From the sequence record DRR723986_5783: 49,568 bases of DNA; one strand, 5' to 3'. Both the position numbers and the translations under genes were made by a program. Shown here piece by piece: positions 22,179 through 32,584 of this stretch. Positions within the stretch are counted from its first letter, which is position 1; each line of letters starts with the position of its first letter. Under the pieces are notes generated by a model. That model saw nothing but the letters and a program-made list of their open reading frames with translations. It was not told the origin of the DNA and made no database searches.

Positions 22179-25100
22179 ATGATTCGTGATCTAAGGACCA
22201 GCGTGTTCGACGGCAAGATGTTGCAAGGCATCATTGCCGCTTTGCTGTTGGGTTGCGTTATGGATGTATCCGGCGACGACACCGAGATATACAAGTCGGA
22301 ATACAGCGGCGGCGCGACCTCGGGTCGCCCGAAAGTGCTTATCGTCTTTGATGACTCCGGCAGTATGAAGGACTCGGTGGCGGGTGTTCGCCCGGCTTAC
22401 GACCCTGATGAAGACTACGAGCGGGAAGTAAGCTCCGACAGGATTTACTGGTCAGTTGACGGTGAAGTACCACCCGAGGACAGCTCGCAGTGGTTTGAAG
22501 ACGACAGGAACCGGTGCGAGGCATCGTACAGCAACCTGGCAGAGGATGGGCGCTTTGGTACCGATCGGGCGCGCAGGTGGCGTGACTCTGAAGTCATTCC
22601 CGGGGAGTGCACCACCCAGTGTGCGGTAGGGGAATACATCAACCCGCCTGGTCGACAGCGTACCGGCTGCTATACCCGGGAGGATGAATACGAGCCGGTT
22701 CCCAAATGGGTATACGCTGGTGCTCCCAGGGTTCGCCGGGGCCGTTATCGCTGTGACTCAGATGAGGAGCTGTTTTCCAATAATGGCGTCCGGGGTTGCT
22801 ACGAAGAATATGAAGACGACGATGCCGAGGCCGCCGGGCTCGCAGGCTGGGTACTGCGCGGTGATGCCAATCGCGGTTCTTGTTCTGCTGGTTCACTGTT
22901 TATCCGTTTAGACAGTCGCGGCCGAGAGGACGAGGAAGAGGGCTGCCATGAACTGATAACCGGACCGGAATACGTTGTCACCGGTTTTGAATATGTCTCG
23001 CAAGGTCAGCCAACGCAGGTCTGTGAAAACGAGACCGTAGTGGCCGGTGAGTGGCAGGCGCTCAGCGCTTCAGTAAATTCGCCTACCCACGTCGACTGTC
23101 GAAATGATGTCAACAACAGCCTGACCGGCAATGGCGGCAACGGTGTGCCTGATGGCTACCCGCAGAGCAACGTGGCCAACGGGAATGAGTATGCCGGCAC
23201 CAAGGATGATGGCGTTGACTGGGGTGGTGATTCCTACACCTTCTTCACCTCGCACTATATGAACTGGTACTACGACGAGAGCCTTTCTGAAGAGCGCAAG
23301 AAGCTGGATATCGCTATCGAGGTGGTGTCCGAGATTATTGCCACCAATACAGACGTTGACTTCGGGCTTATGGAATTCAACTGGAGTCAGGGTGGCCGCA
23401 TTACCAGGCGCATCATACAGAATATGTCGCTCGAAGAGCGCGAGAATCTAGTCGATATCGTCGGTGATCTCGAACATGCGGGTAGCACGCCGCTGTGTGA
23501 ATCTGTGTATGAAGCTTACAATTACCTCGCCGGTAATGACATTGAGTATGGCTACGACAAGAGCAACAACACCAGTCGATTCTTCGGGCGGGACTGGGGC
23601 GGCGACATCCAGTCAAGGGATCGATCCGCAGAGAGTGGCGGCAAGTATATCTCCCCCAATACGGACTGCGCCTATACCTACATCATCGTGATGACCGATG
23701 GCTTTCCCCAAAGTGATACTGGTGCAAATTCGAGGATCGAAAACCTCACCGGGAAAACCTGTGGCGAGTACACCGATGCGGGTGGTTCGCAGGAGAAGAA
23801 CTGTTTGCCTGAAATCGCCGAATACATGGCGACAACGGATCTGGACAGTGATCCCTCCAATGGTGACCAGTTCGGTATTACCTATACCATCGGCTTCCAG
23901 ACTGACCAGCAGCTCCTGGCCGATGCGGCTGCCCTGGGAGGCGGCGAATACTTTACCGCTAATGATGCCCGGGAATTGAGCGCCGCCTTCCAGGGCACTA
24001 TTACCGGTATTCTCTCGCGGGATACGTCTTTCACCTCGCCCGCGGTTGCCGTGGACACCTTTACCCGAACGCGAACGCTCAACGAGGTCTTCTATGCCAT
24101 GTTCAAGCCCGGGAATCGGGTCGACTGGATTGGCAACATCAAGAAGTTAAAGGTTGAAACGAGCGCGGGTAACACGCGACTGGTGGACAAAAACGGTGCC
24201 GCCGCTATCGATCCTGCGACAGGTGCGATTAAGGATACCGCCACCACATTCTGGAGTCTGGACGAAGACGGCGGCGCGGCGGACGAAGGGGGTGTTGGCG
24301 CTCTGCTGGCAGCCAGAGATCCCGGTAGCCGTTCCATCTTCACCAATACCGGAGCCGACGGCGCCTTGCAGCCGTTTGTGGCGAGTAATATCACAGCCGA
24401 CGCCATGGGCCTGGCGGGCAATGCGCAACTTTTTTCCCTGTTCGGTGTTTCCAGCGAGAGCGCATTCCTGAGGCAAATCAGCTGGGCGCGGGGTTTTGAC
24501 GCCTATGATGCCGATGGCGATTCGCTTACCGATGAGCCCAGGGAATGGGTGTTGGGGGATATCCTTCACAGCCAGCCCGTGGTTATCAACTACGGTGCCC
24601 TTGGCTCATTCGATGCGGATGACCCTGACTTGCGCATCCTCGTCGGCACCAATGCCGGGTTTATCCACCAGTTCAATAATGCGACGGGTGCAGAGGACTG
24701 GGCGTTTTTCCCCAGGGAGTTGGCGAGCATCATCCCACAGCGCAGGCGTAACGAACTGTCCTCCGAAAATATCTATGGCATGGATCTGACCGCTGTTACC
24801 TACACGCTGGATGTCAATAACGACAAGACACTTGATGCAAGCGAGGGCGACAAGGCCTGGGCCTTCTTCGGTATGCGTCGTGGCGGCAGTGCCTACTATG
24901 CGCTGGACCTGTCCAACCCGGATGCGCCGGTATTCATGTGGCGTCTGGGTAGTGACTCTGAAGGTTTTTCAGAACTTGGACAGACCTGGTCAGAACCGGT
25001 GGTTACCACGATTCCCGGATACCACGACGATGCAGGTCGCTCCAGGCCCGTGCTGATTTTTGGTGCCGGCTATGACACGGCAAAGGATTCGACCAGCGTT

Positions 25101-26132
25101 GCTTCGCCAGATAGCGAAGGCCGGGGGCTGTTCATTGTCGATGCACAGACTGGCGCGCTGGTGTGGAGTGTTACTGGTCGCACCGATGTTAACAGCGCAA
25201 CGCACCTGTATGAGCCGGGCTTGCTACATTCTGTGCCCGGCAACGTCTCGGTATTGGACAGCAATGGTGACGGCCTGACTGACCGGGTCTACTTCGGTGA
25301 CTCGGGCGGTAATCTCTGGCGGGTGGATCTGGCAGGCAGCACGCTGCCTACCAGCGACCAGGACAGCTGGAGAATCACCCAGCTGGCCGATTTTAATTCC
25401 GGTACCGTGCCGACCGACCGTCGCTTCTTTAATGCGCCGGAAATCGTACGCAGCCGGGTGGCAGGGCAGGCCATAGATGCGATTATTATCGGCTCGGGAG
25501 ATCGAACCAACCCGAATGCGACGGACGTTAACAACCGGCTGTATATGTTCCGTGATGAGGCGATCACCATCTATGACACCGAGCGTCCAAGCAGTTCCGA
25601 GTGCGCTTCGGCCGAAATCGTCGATTTCCGCTGTGAATTGCCAGTCAGCGATGGGGATCTATTTAATATTACCGGCGATCCGATCAATACCGGTACCAAC
25701 ACCGAGCAGATTGACGCCAGGAACGATCTGTTGGCAGCCAACGGCTGGAAGTTTGATTTGCAGGGCTCGGGTGAGAAGAGTACGGCCAAGACCTTGACCC
25801 TGAATGGCCGGGTGTTCGCGCCCACCTTTGTACCCTCGGATGTTTTCAGCGATGCCAATGTCTGCGAGCCCCAATCCGGTCTCGGGAAGTTGTATGTCAT
25901 CGACCTGTATAGCGGTGAAAGTGGCAGCATCCCCCTTGGCCCGATCATTCCCGACACGCCGTCCATTATCGTCACCCGGGAGCCCAATGAGGCGCCAGAA
26001 ATAAAGATGCTGTTGCCCCCGGGGGCACCAGAATCAGAGGGTGTTATCAATTGTCTGGGTGGGGTTTGTGATCCTCAGCAGACCCTGAGAGGCCCCTATG
26101 GGAGATACTGGTACCAGGAGCCTCATCAATGA
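22179..26132 (+). CDS. pilY1: PilY1/PilC tip adhesin 1 (vWA domain with MIDAS plus beta-propeller); start approximate
   Basis: Signal peptide then DDTEIY; DDSGS MIDAS, TPLCE, MTDG; GDILHSQP, GMRRGG..YYALD, LGQTWS.P, DSNGDGLTDRVYFGD.GGNLWRVDL. Confidence 0.9.
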   Translation: MIRDLRTSVFDGKMLQGIIAALLLGCVMDVSGDDTEIYKSEYSGGATSGRPKVLIVFDDSGSMKDSVAGVRPAYDPDEDYEREVSSDRIYWSVDGEVPPEDSSQWFEDDRNRCEASYSNLAEDGRFGTDRARRWRDSEVIPGECTTQCAVGEYINPPGRQRTGCYTREDEYEPVPKWVYAGAPRVRRGRYRCDSDEELFSNNGVRGCYEEYEDDDAEAAGLAGWVLRGDANRGSCSAGSLFIRLDSRGREDEEEGCHELITGPEYVVTGFEYVSQGQPTQVCENETVVAGEWQALSASVNSPTHVDCRNDVNNSLTGNGGNGVPDGYPQSNVANGNEYAGTKDDGVDWGGDSYTFFTSHYMNWYYDESLSEERKKLDIAIEVVSEIIATNTDVDFGLMEFNWSQGGRITRRIIQNMSLEERENLVDIVGDLEHAGSTPLCESVYEAYNYLAGNDIEYGYDKSNNTSRFFGRDWGGDIQSRDRSAESGGKYISPNTDCAYTYIIVMTDGFPQSDTGANSRIENLTGKTCGEYTDAGGSQEKNCLPEIAEYMATTDLDSDPSNGDQFGITYTIGFQTDQQLLADAAALGGGEYFTANDARELSAAFQGTITGILSRDTSFTSPAVAVDTFTRTRTLNEVFYAMFKPGNRVDWIGNIKKLKVETSAGNTRLVDKNGAAAIDPATGAIKDTATTFWSLDEDGGAADEGGVGALLAARDPGSRSIFTNTGADGALQPFVASNITADAMGLAGNAQLFSLFGVSSESAFLRQISWARGFDAYDADGDSLTDEPREWVLGDILHSQPVVINYGALGSFDADDPDLRILVGTNAGFIHQFNNATGAEDWAFFPRELASIIPQRRRNELSSENIYGMDLTAVTYTLDVNNDKTLDASEGDKAWAFFGMRRGGSAYYALDLSNPDAPVFMWRLGSDSEGFSELGQTWSEPVVTTIPGYHDDAGRSRPVLIFGAGYDTAKDSTSVASPDSEGRGLFIVDAQTGALVWSVTGRTDVNSATHLYEPGLLHSVPGNVSVLDSNGDGLTDRVYFGDSGGNLWRVDLAGSTLPTSDQDSWRITQLADFNSGTVPTDRRFFNAPEIVRSRVAGQAIDAIIIGSGDRTNPNATDVNNRLYMFRDEAITIYDTERPSSSECASAEIVDFRCELPVSDGDLFNITGDPINTGTNTEQIDARNDLLAANGWKFDLQGSGEKSTAKTLTLNGRVFAPTFVPSDVFSDANVCEPQSGLGKLYVIDLYSGESGSIPLGPIIPDTPSIIVTREPNEAPEIKMLLPPGAPESEGVINCLGGVCDPQQTLRGPYGRYWYQEPHQ

Positions 26133-26587
26133 CAGACTTCTCGCAGACGAGGCTTGTGGCAATGCTGTCCCGGCAGCGGGGCTTTACCCTCATAGAGTTG
26201 ATGATTGTTGTCGTTATTGTCGCGATTCTTTTGACCGTTGCGCTGCCCGGCTATCAGAACAGCATGCAGAAAGCGCGCCGGGGCGATGCAAAAGCCGCAG
26301 TCGTCGATGTAGCAAACCGGCAGGAGCAGTCGATGTTGGACCGTAACACCTATACCACCGACATGACTGACCTGGGTTTTGCGAGCGATCCGATGGTTTC
26401 GGACGACGGGCATTACAGCGTGGATGCTACCGCCTGCGCTGGCGGCACTATTGGTAGCTGTTATCTTATTACGGCCACGCCTCGATCGGACTCGGCCCAG
26501 GCCAGTGATCAGCAGTGCATCCTCTACCGCATGGATTCCACGGGTGCAAAATCAGCTACAGGAGCACTCGGCAATGAATGCTGGTGA
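26129..26587 (+). CDS. pilE: Type IV minor pilin PilE (operon 1)
   Basis: G|FTLIELMIVV; ARRGDAKA; Q..D..C; terminal CW. Confidence 0.88.
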   Translation: MTDFSQTRLVAMLSRQRGFTLIELMIVVVIVAILLTVALPGYQNSMQKARRGDAKAAVVDVANRQEQSMLDRNTYTTDMTDLGFASDPMVSDDGHYSVDATACAGGTIGSCYLITATPRSDSAQASDQQCILYRMDSTGAKSATGALGNECW

Positions 26588-26609
26588 ACAAACGCGCCGG
26601 GGGAAACCA

Positions 26610-26924
26610 ATGCGTAAACGGCTAATGACTGCGGTGGTCAGCTTTCTGGTGCTGGCGGGCGGTGCTGCCCAGGCGGAAAGGCCCTGGCCGGAAACGGTGT
26701 TTGATTGCCAGGTGCTGACCGGCTCCGGTGCAGCGGGGCTGGTAACCCTGCAAACATTCTCCGCCGAACGCGCGGTCGAAGAAGCCAAGGGCAAGCCAGC
26801 GCTCACCCGAAGTGGTGGTGATGAAACAGCGGTTTCCGTGATCCAGTGCATCGAGCGATTCTCCGACCAGCGCTTTTCCGATCTCGGGTTTCAGGGCTTT
26901 TATGAGAACCGGGGCGTAGAGTAA
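26610..26924 (+). CDS. Small secreted two-Cys protein, TapY2/PilY2-like
   Basis: Signal peptide ending AQA; FDCQV...VIQCIE..F.D; last gene of the minor-pilin operon. Confidence 0.55.
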   Translation: MRKRLMTAVVSFLVLAGGAAQAERPWPETVFDCQVLTGSGAAGLVTLQTFSAERAVEEAKGKPALTRSGGDETAVSVIQCIERFSDQRFSDLGFQGFYENRGVE

Positions 26925-27068
26925 GCCCTGTCACCCGGGCTGCGCTCAGGCCCGGTCTCGCCCGCCGCTCAGGCACTGACAGTTTCTCCCTAAAACCTGG
27001 CAGGGTCACCGTCCCTGCACCCCGCTGTATGGCCCGATGCCTGCGCCCTGAGGGGCCTTCGACAGTCT

Positions 27069-27097
27069 CTTGAAAACCCCCTGTCCCGACCCCATTT
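27069..27097 (+). promoter_or_regulatory. Sigma32 (RpoH) heat-shock promoter of clpB
   Basis: CTTGAAA (27069-27075), 14-nt spacer, CCCCATTT (27090-27097). Confidence 0.85.
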
Positions 27098-27157
27098 AGA
27101 CCTCATGACGTGATGTGAGCGGCCTTCTTGGAGCGCTGCTACAGGAGATATATGCCC

Positions 27158-29734
27158 ATGAGAATGGATAAATTGACGAACCAGTTACAGAGTGCCCTGG
27201 CCGATGCCCAGTCGCTTGCGCTGGGCAAGGACCACAATTACATAGAACCCGCACACCTGCTGCTGGCGTTACTTGAGCAGAAGGGCGGCTCCGCCAGGCC
27301 ACTGTTGCAGAAGGCCGGCGCTGACGTTGCGGGACTGACCGCCGCCACCCGAGCTGCCGTCGATGCGCTGCCAACCGTGAGCGGTACCGGTGGCGATATC
27401 CATATTTCCAGCGACCTCAGCCGCGTGCTGAACGTCACCGACAAGCTGGCGCAACAGTCTGGTGATGCCTATATCTCCAGCGAACTGGCCCTGCTGGCAA
27501 TGCTGGAAAGTAAAACCTCAGCGGGCAAAGCGATGAAAGACCACGGGCTTAGCCCGGCTGGCCTGAAAACCGCGATCGACAGCGTCCGCGGTGGCGAGGC
27601 GGTCGATAACCCCGAAGCCGAGGAATCCCGGCAGGCTCTGGATAAGTACACAGTCGATCTCACCGAGCGGGCGGAGCAGGGTAAGTTGGACCCGGTTATT
27701 GGCCGGGACGACGAGATCCGGCGGACCATCCAGGTGCTTCAGCGCCGCACCAAGAATAACCCGGTACTTATCGGCGAGCCCGGCGTGGGTAAAACCGCCA
27801 TCATTGAGGGCCTTGCCCAGCGGGTGATCAACGGCGAAGTGCCCGAGGGCCTTAAGGACAAGCGTATCCTGTCGCTCGATCTCGGCGCTCTGCTGGCAGG
27901 CGCCAAATTTCGGGGCGACTTCGAGGAACGCCTGAAGGCGGTGCTCAATGAGCTGTCCAAGCAGGAGGGCCGCATTATTCTCTTTATCGACGAACTGCAC
28001 ACCATGGTAGGGGCCGGTAAGGCTGAAGGCTCCATGGATGCGGGCAATATGCTCAAGCCTGCCCTCGCGCGCGGCGAACTGCACTGTGTGGGCGCGACCA
28101 CGCTGGATGAATACCGCAAGTATGTGGAGAAAGATGCCGCGCTGGAGCGCCGCTTCCAGAAGGTGCTGGTGGATGAGCCCAGCGAGGAAGACACCATCGC
28201 CATCCTGCGAGGGCTGAAAGAGCGCTACGAGGTCCACCACAGCGTGGATATCACCGATAGCGCAATCATCGCCGCAGCCAAGCTGTCGCAGCGCTACATT
28301 ACCGACCGGCAGTTGCCGGACAAAGCCATCGACCTGATTGATGAGGCAGCGAGTCGCATCCGCATGGAAATCGACTCCAAGCCCGAGGCCATGGACAAGC
28401 TTGAGCGGCGGTTGATCCAGCTCAAGATCGAGCGCGAGGCGGTGAAGAAAGACAAATCCGAGGGCGCCAAAAAGCAGGTGGAACTGCTGGATGAGCAGAT
28501 CGAGAAGATCGAGCGTGAATTTGCCGATCTCGACGAAATCTGGCGCGCCGAAAAAGCGTCCGTTCAGGGTGCGGCACAGATCAAGAGTGACCTGGAGCAG
28601 GCCAAGATGGACCTCGAGTCCGCGCGCCGCGCCGGGGACCTGACCCGGATGTCGGAAATCCAGTACGGGGTCATGCCCGCCCTGGAAAAGCAGCTGGCTG
28701 CGGCAGCGGAGGCCGAAACCGCCGAGCGTACCTTGCTGCGCAGCAAGGTGACTGAGGAAGAGGTCGCCGAGGTGGTTTCCCGCTGGACCGGTATTCCGGT
28801 GAGCAAGATGCTGGAAGGCGACCGGGAGAAACTGCTGCGCATGGAAGACTCTTTGCACGCCCGGGTTGTTGGTCAGGACGAGGCGGTTGTTGCCGTATCG
28901 AACGCGGTCCGTCGCTCACGGGCCGGCCTCGCCGACCCGAACCGGCCCAACGGCTCCTTCCTGTTCCTCGGCCCCACCGGTGTCGGCAAGACGGAGCTGT
29001 GCAAGGCATTGGCGGAATTCCTGTTCGACAGCGAGCAGGCCATGGTGCGGGTGGATATGTCGGAGTTCATGGAGAAGCACTCCGTGGCGCGGCTTATCGG
29101 CGCCCCCCCGGGTTATGTTGGCTACGAGGAGGGGGGCTACCTGACCGAGGCGGTACGTCGTCGTCCTTATTCGCTATTGCTGTTGGATGAGGTCGAGAAA
29201 GCCCATCCGGATGTGTTCAACATTCTGCTGCAGGTGCTGGAAGACGGCCGCCTGACGGATGGCCAGGGTCGCACGGTGGACTTTCGCAACACGGTCATCG
29301 TGATGACCTCGAATCTCGGCTCAGACCTGATCCAGGAAATGGCCGGCGAGGAGAATTACGACCGGATGAAGTCCGCGGTTATGGGCGTGGTCGGCACCCA
29401 CTTCCGTCCCGAGTTCATCAACCGCATCGACGAAACGGTGGTATTCCATCCGCTGCAGCAGAGCCAGATCCGCGGCATCGCCGAGATCCAGCTGCAACAC
29501 CTGCGCCAGCGCCTGGCCGAGCGCGAGCTGTCACTGGACATCTCCGACGCCTTCATGGATCGGCTGGTCGAGGCGGGCTTCGATCCGGTGTACGGCGCGC
29601 GGCCACTGAAGCGGGCGATCCAGCAGGAACTGGAAAATCCCCTGGCCCAGCGCATCCTGGCGGGTGAGTTCGAGCCCGGGCAGACCGTTCACGTGAGCCT
29701 GGAGGAGGATGCCCCGGCGTTTGAGGCGGCGTGA
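27158..29734 (+). CDS. clpB: ATP-dependent disaggregase ClpB
   Basis: Two AAA modules ([16 protein letters not shown]), middle coiled coil, [13 protein letters not shown] at 27143-27147; start 27152 or 27158. Confidence 0.97.
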   Translation: MRMDKLTNQLQSALADAQSLALGKDHNYIEPAHLLLALLEQKGGSARPLLQKAGADVAGLTAATRAAVDALPTVSGTGGDIHISSDLSRVLNVTDKLAQQSGDAYISSELALLAMLESKTSAGKAMKDHGLSPAGLKTAIDSVRGGEAVDNPEAEESRQALDKYTVDLTERAEQGKLDPVIGRDDEIRRTIQVLQRRTKNNPVLIGEPGVGKTAIIEGLAQRVINGEVPEGLKDKRILSLDLGALLAGAKFRGDFEERLKAVLNELSKQEGRIILFIDELHTMVGAGKAEGSMDAGNMLKPALARGELHCVGATTLDEYRKYVEKDAALERRFQKVLVDEPSEEDTIAILRGLKERYEVHHSVDITDSAIIAAAKLSQRYITDRQLPDKAIDLIDEAASRIRMEIDSKPEAMDKLERRLIQLKIEREAVKKDKSEGAKKQVELLDEQIEKIEREFADLDEIWRAEKASVQGAAQIKSDLEQAKMDLESARRAGDLTRMSEIQYGVMPALEKQLAAAAEAETAERTLLRSKVTEEEVAEVVSRWTGIPVSKMLEGDREKLLRMEDSLHARVVGQDEAVVAVSNAVRRSRAGLADPNRPNGSFLFLGPTGVGKTELCKALAEFLFDSEQAMVRVDMSEFMEKHSVARLIGAPPGYVGYEEGGYLTEAVRRRPYSLLLLDEVEKAHPDVFNILLQVLEDGRLTDGQGRTVDFRNTVIVMTSNLGSDLIQEMAGEENYDRMKSAVMGVVGTHFRPEFINRIDETVVFHPLQQSQIRGIAEIQLQHLRQRLAERELSLDISDAFMDRLVEAGFDPVYGARPLKRAIQQELENPLAQRILAGEFEPGQTVHVSLEEDAPAFEAA

Positions 29735-29754
29735 GCTGAGTTCTTCACTGCCTG

Positions 29755-29789
29755 AAAGCCCCGTGGGATCCCCGCGGGGCTTTTTTCTT
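29755..29789 (+). terminator. Rho-independent terminator after clpB
   Basis: AAAGCCCCGTGGG-atc-CCCGCGGGGCTTT stem followed by a T-run. Confidence 0.88.
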
Positions 29790-29886
29790 GCCGCCTGTCC
29801 CCTGTTTTTGCCTTCCATCGGTAACCGCTGGGAACCACCGTGCCAGCTGTTAATGTAAGAATCAGGTAAAAGTAGGCGAGTTTTTC

Positions 29887-30312
29887 ATGGCTGATTCCAG
29901 CGTCATACGCAAAAAGCAGTCCGGTTTCACCCTGATTGAGCTGATGATCGTGGTTGCGATCGTTGCTGTGCTGCTGGTGGTGGGCTTGCCCGCCTGGCAG
30001 GAGCAGGTCAAACGATCCAAGCGCACGGCTGCGCAGGCGGAAATGCTGGATATTGCCAACCGACAACAGCAGTACCTGCTATCCAACAGGTCGTACATGG
30101 GCAACTCTGAGCTGACAGGCTCGGGTTTTACGCTTGATCCCGATGTTGCAAAGAACTACGGGTGGAATATCACTCTGGGGACGGGAGCGTCTCCCAGTTA
30201 CGTCCTGAGATTTGCGCCTACGCCAGCGGGGAGCCAGACAAGTGACGGCTGGCTTGAGTTAAACGAGCAGGGGGTTGGTACCAGCGAATTCCCTGACAAA
30301 TGGCAGCGATAA
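29887..30312 (+). CDS. pilE: Type IV minor pilin PilE-like (operon 2; contains no Cys)
   Basis: G|FTLIELMIVVAI; RTAAQAEM..IANRQQQY. Confidence 0.85.
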   Translation: MADSSVIRKKQSGFTLIELMIVVAIVAVLLVVGLPAWQEQVKRSKRTAAQAEMLDIANRQQQYLLSNRSYMGNSELTGSGFTLDPDVAKNYGWNITLGTGASPSYVLRFAPTPAGSQTSDGWLELNEQGVGTSEFPDKWQR

Positions 30313-30317
30313 ATACG

Positions 30318-30896
30318 ATGTCTTTGCGGCGAAAACAGTCCGGCGGCCTCATGATCGAAATCCTGGTTACGATCGCCATAGTCATTATCGGCCTTTGGGG
30401 GTTGATGGACGTTCAGGCCCGGCTACAGATTTCAGAAATGGAGTCTTACCAGCGAACCCAGGCGCTTATGTTGGTCGATGATATGGCCAATCGTATAGCG
30501 ACGAATCGCACGAGTTCAGCCGCTTATGTTACCTCGGCACCGGTAGGTGTCGGGGTTACCTGCGGCAGCGTTACCGCAACTGCCATTGATGATCGCGATG
30601 AAGCTGAATGGTGTAACGCTCTGCAGGGTGCGGCGGAACAGGTGGGAAGTAGTCGAGTAGGCTCTCTGGTTGGCGGTCGAGGCTGTGTAGAAAGCATAGG
30701 TACGGGAGGCGTCGACGAGTATCTTGTCACGGTTGTTTGGCAGGGACTCACTCCGATTGCCGCACCACCAACAGGGGTTGCTTGTGGTTCTGGGCTTTAC
30801 GATCTTCCTTTGGGATCGGCGTGTGAGACGGTTTCCGACGCCTGCCGTCGTTATGTTACAACGATTGTCCGCATCGCGGACCTGACGGATCTTTGA
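30318..30896 (+). CDS. pilV: Type IV minor pilin PilV (operon 2)
   Basis: G|GLMIEILV; ESYQRTQA..L..DM..RI..NR; VVWQG. Confidence 0.82.
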   Translation: MSLRRKQSGGLMIEILVTIAIVIIGLWGLMDVQARLQISEMESYQRTQALMLVDDMANRIATNRTSSAAYVTSAPVGVGVTCGSVTATAIDDRDEAEWCNALQGAAEQVGSSRVGSLVGGRGCVESIGTGGVDEYLVTVVWQGLTPIAAPPTGVACGSGLYDLPLGSACETVSDACRRYVTTIVRIADLTDL

Positions 30897-32047
30897 TGAT
30901 TACCTTATTGCGCTCAAGCAAGGTGGGATCCCATAACAGGCAGTCCGGTCTGAGCCTGGTTGAGCTGTTAATTGCAACTACGCTAGGCCTGATTATTCTC
31001 GCTGCGCTTACCCAACTCTTCGGTGACGTAACTAGTAACAATCGGGAAATGGCCAAAACAAACAGCCAGATCGAGAACGCCCGTTTCGCCATTCAGTTCC
31101 TGCGCAACGATATTGTTCATGCGGGTTATTGGGGTCCGTATGTACCGCGGTTCGATGACCTGATGTTCGATGGTGTTCCAGCCGACCAGCCGACTATAGT
31201 CCCGGACCCTTGCCTTGCCTACACATCCTGGGCGACGACGTCTGGCTACGTCAATTCACTTCTGGGGATACCGGTGCAGGCCTACGCTGCCACGCCCGGA
31301 AGTTGCGGTTCGATCATCAGCAACAGGCTTGCTGACACCGATATCCTGGTGGTACGTCATGCTGATACCTGTGTGGCCGGGGGTACAAACTGCGATATAG
31401 ATGTGAGTGGGCGATTGTATTTTCAGACATCCAATTGTGAAGCTGAGTTGGATGCCGGTTCGATCTACGCTCTTGACCCCAACTCCTATCCCCTGACTGA
31501 GCGCAATTGCACAACGTCTGCGGCGAAACGCCGCTTCGTACAGAATATTTACTACGTTCGGGATTATGCCGTTACTGTTGGTGATGGAATACCTACTCTC
31601 GTTAGGTCTGAGTATGATTTTTCTGGTGGTAGCCTGGCGCAGCAGCCTGCCCAGGCGCTGGTTCAGGGCATCGAGAGATTTCGGGTAGAACTTGGCGTGG
31701 ACAGCCTCAGTGAAACGGGCGGGGCAATAAACTATTCAGTGGCGGTGAATTGGCAGGATCCCTCCAACTGGACAGTTGCCACAAATCGCGGTGATGGTAT
31801 CCCCGATGGTGCGTATGTGTACTGTTCAACTGGTACTCCCTGCACCGTCGCCCAGTTAGCGAATGTGACCGCGGTGAAACTCTATATTCTTGCTCGCGCT
31901 GACCAGGCCACACCAGGATATACCGATGGCAAGGCATACAGCCTGGGCGGTTTGAATGTGGCTGCCTTTAATGATGGCTTCAAACGTCACGTGTTCAGTG
32001 CAACGGTTAGGATTAACAATGTAGCGGGACGGAGGGAGACACCATGA
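30896..32047 (+). CDS. pilW: Type IV minor pilin PilW (operon 2)
   Basis: G|LSLVELLIA; ENARFA; AGYWG; LVQGIE; FKRHVFS.TVR..N. Confidence 0.86.
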   Translation: MITLLRSSKVGSHNRQSGLSLVELLIATTLGLIILAALTQLFGDVTSNNREMAKTNSQIENARFAIQFLRNDIVHAGYWGPYVPRFDDLMFDGVPADQPTIVPDPCLAYTSWATTSGYVNSLLGIPVQAYAATPGSCGSIISNRLADTDILVVRHADTCVAGGTNCDIDVSGRLYFQTSNCEAELDAGSIYALDPNSYPLTERNCTTSAAKRRFVQNIYYVRDYAVTVGDGIPTLVRSEYDFSGGSLAQQPAQALVQGIERFRVELGVDSLSETGGAINYSVAVNWQDPSNWTVATNRGDGIPDGAYVYCSTGTPCTVAQLANVTAVKLYILARADQATPGYTDGKAYSLGGLNVAAFNDGFKRHVFSATVRINNVAGRRETP

Positions 32048-32544
32048 TGCGCGGTGTCAATCCTCGAGCACAAAATGGTGTGATCACGATTTTTATAGCA
32101 ATGATCATGCTGCTGTTGATTACGCTGCTAATCAGCACGGCGTTCTTCATCAGCACCACCAATTTACGCGCTGTAGGCAACGTACAGGCCCGGGATGAGG
32201 GGATAGCTGCCGCTCAGAAGATCATCGAGGAAATCATAATTGAAGATGCTGGTCTTGCGGCTTTTCAGACGGCTCGTGTTCGGGAAGTGGATATCAACAA
32301 CGATACGACGAACGATTATATCGTTGAGGTTCCCGTGCCCGTGTGTGTGCGAGCTACTCGCGCAAATACACTTTCCAGCAGTAGCGTTACCCTCCCGGGT
32401 TTCTCTGCCGGGGGCTCATGGAACACGATCTGGGAAATTAATGCCATCGCTACGGACTCGACGTCCGGCGCTCGAGTGAGTGTGATACATGGCGTACGTT
32501 ACTTACTCAATGAAGTAGAGAAAAATGCAGTTTGTCCGACTTGA
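32044..32544 (+). CDS. pilX: Type IV minor pilin PilX (operon 2)
   Basis: G|VITIFIAMIMLLL without E5; NLRAVGN.Q. Confidence 0.8.
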   Translation: MMRGVNPRAQNGVITIFIAMIMLLLITLLISTAFFISTTNLRAVGNVQARDEGIAAAQKIIEEIIIEDAGLAAFQTARVREVDINNDTTNDYIVEVPVPVCVRATRANTLSSSSVTLPGFSAGGSWNTIWEINAIATDSTSGARVSVIHGVRYLLNEVEKNAVCPT

Positions 32545-32584
32545 TCAAGGAGATTGAGGTCGGCATTACAGCAGGGAGAGCACT

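Noticed and set aside
22857-22865. RGD in PilY1-1 (also at 33974-33982 in PilY1-2)
   Set aside because: A tripeptide is expected by chance in proteins over 1100 aa; nothing supports integrin binding here
26379-26609. 5' extension of the 181-aa ORF overlapping pilE
   Set aside because: Out-of-frame overlap with pilE; the signal peptide starts at ATG 26610
27518-28858. 446-aa antisense ORF inside clpB (similar ones lie opposite pyrB, nudF, ileS and the GNAT gene)
   Set aside because: Typical stop-poor reverse frames of GC-rich, codon-biased genes; no recognisable motifs
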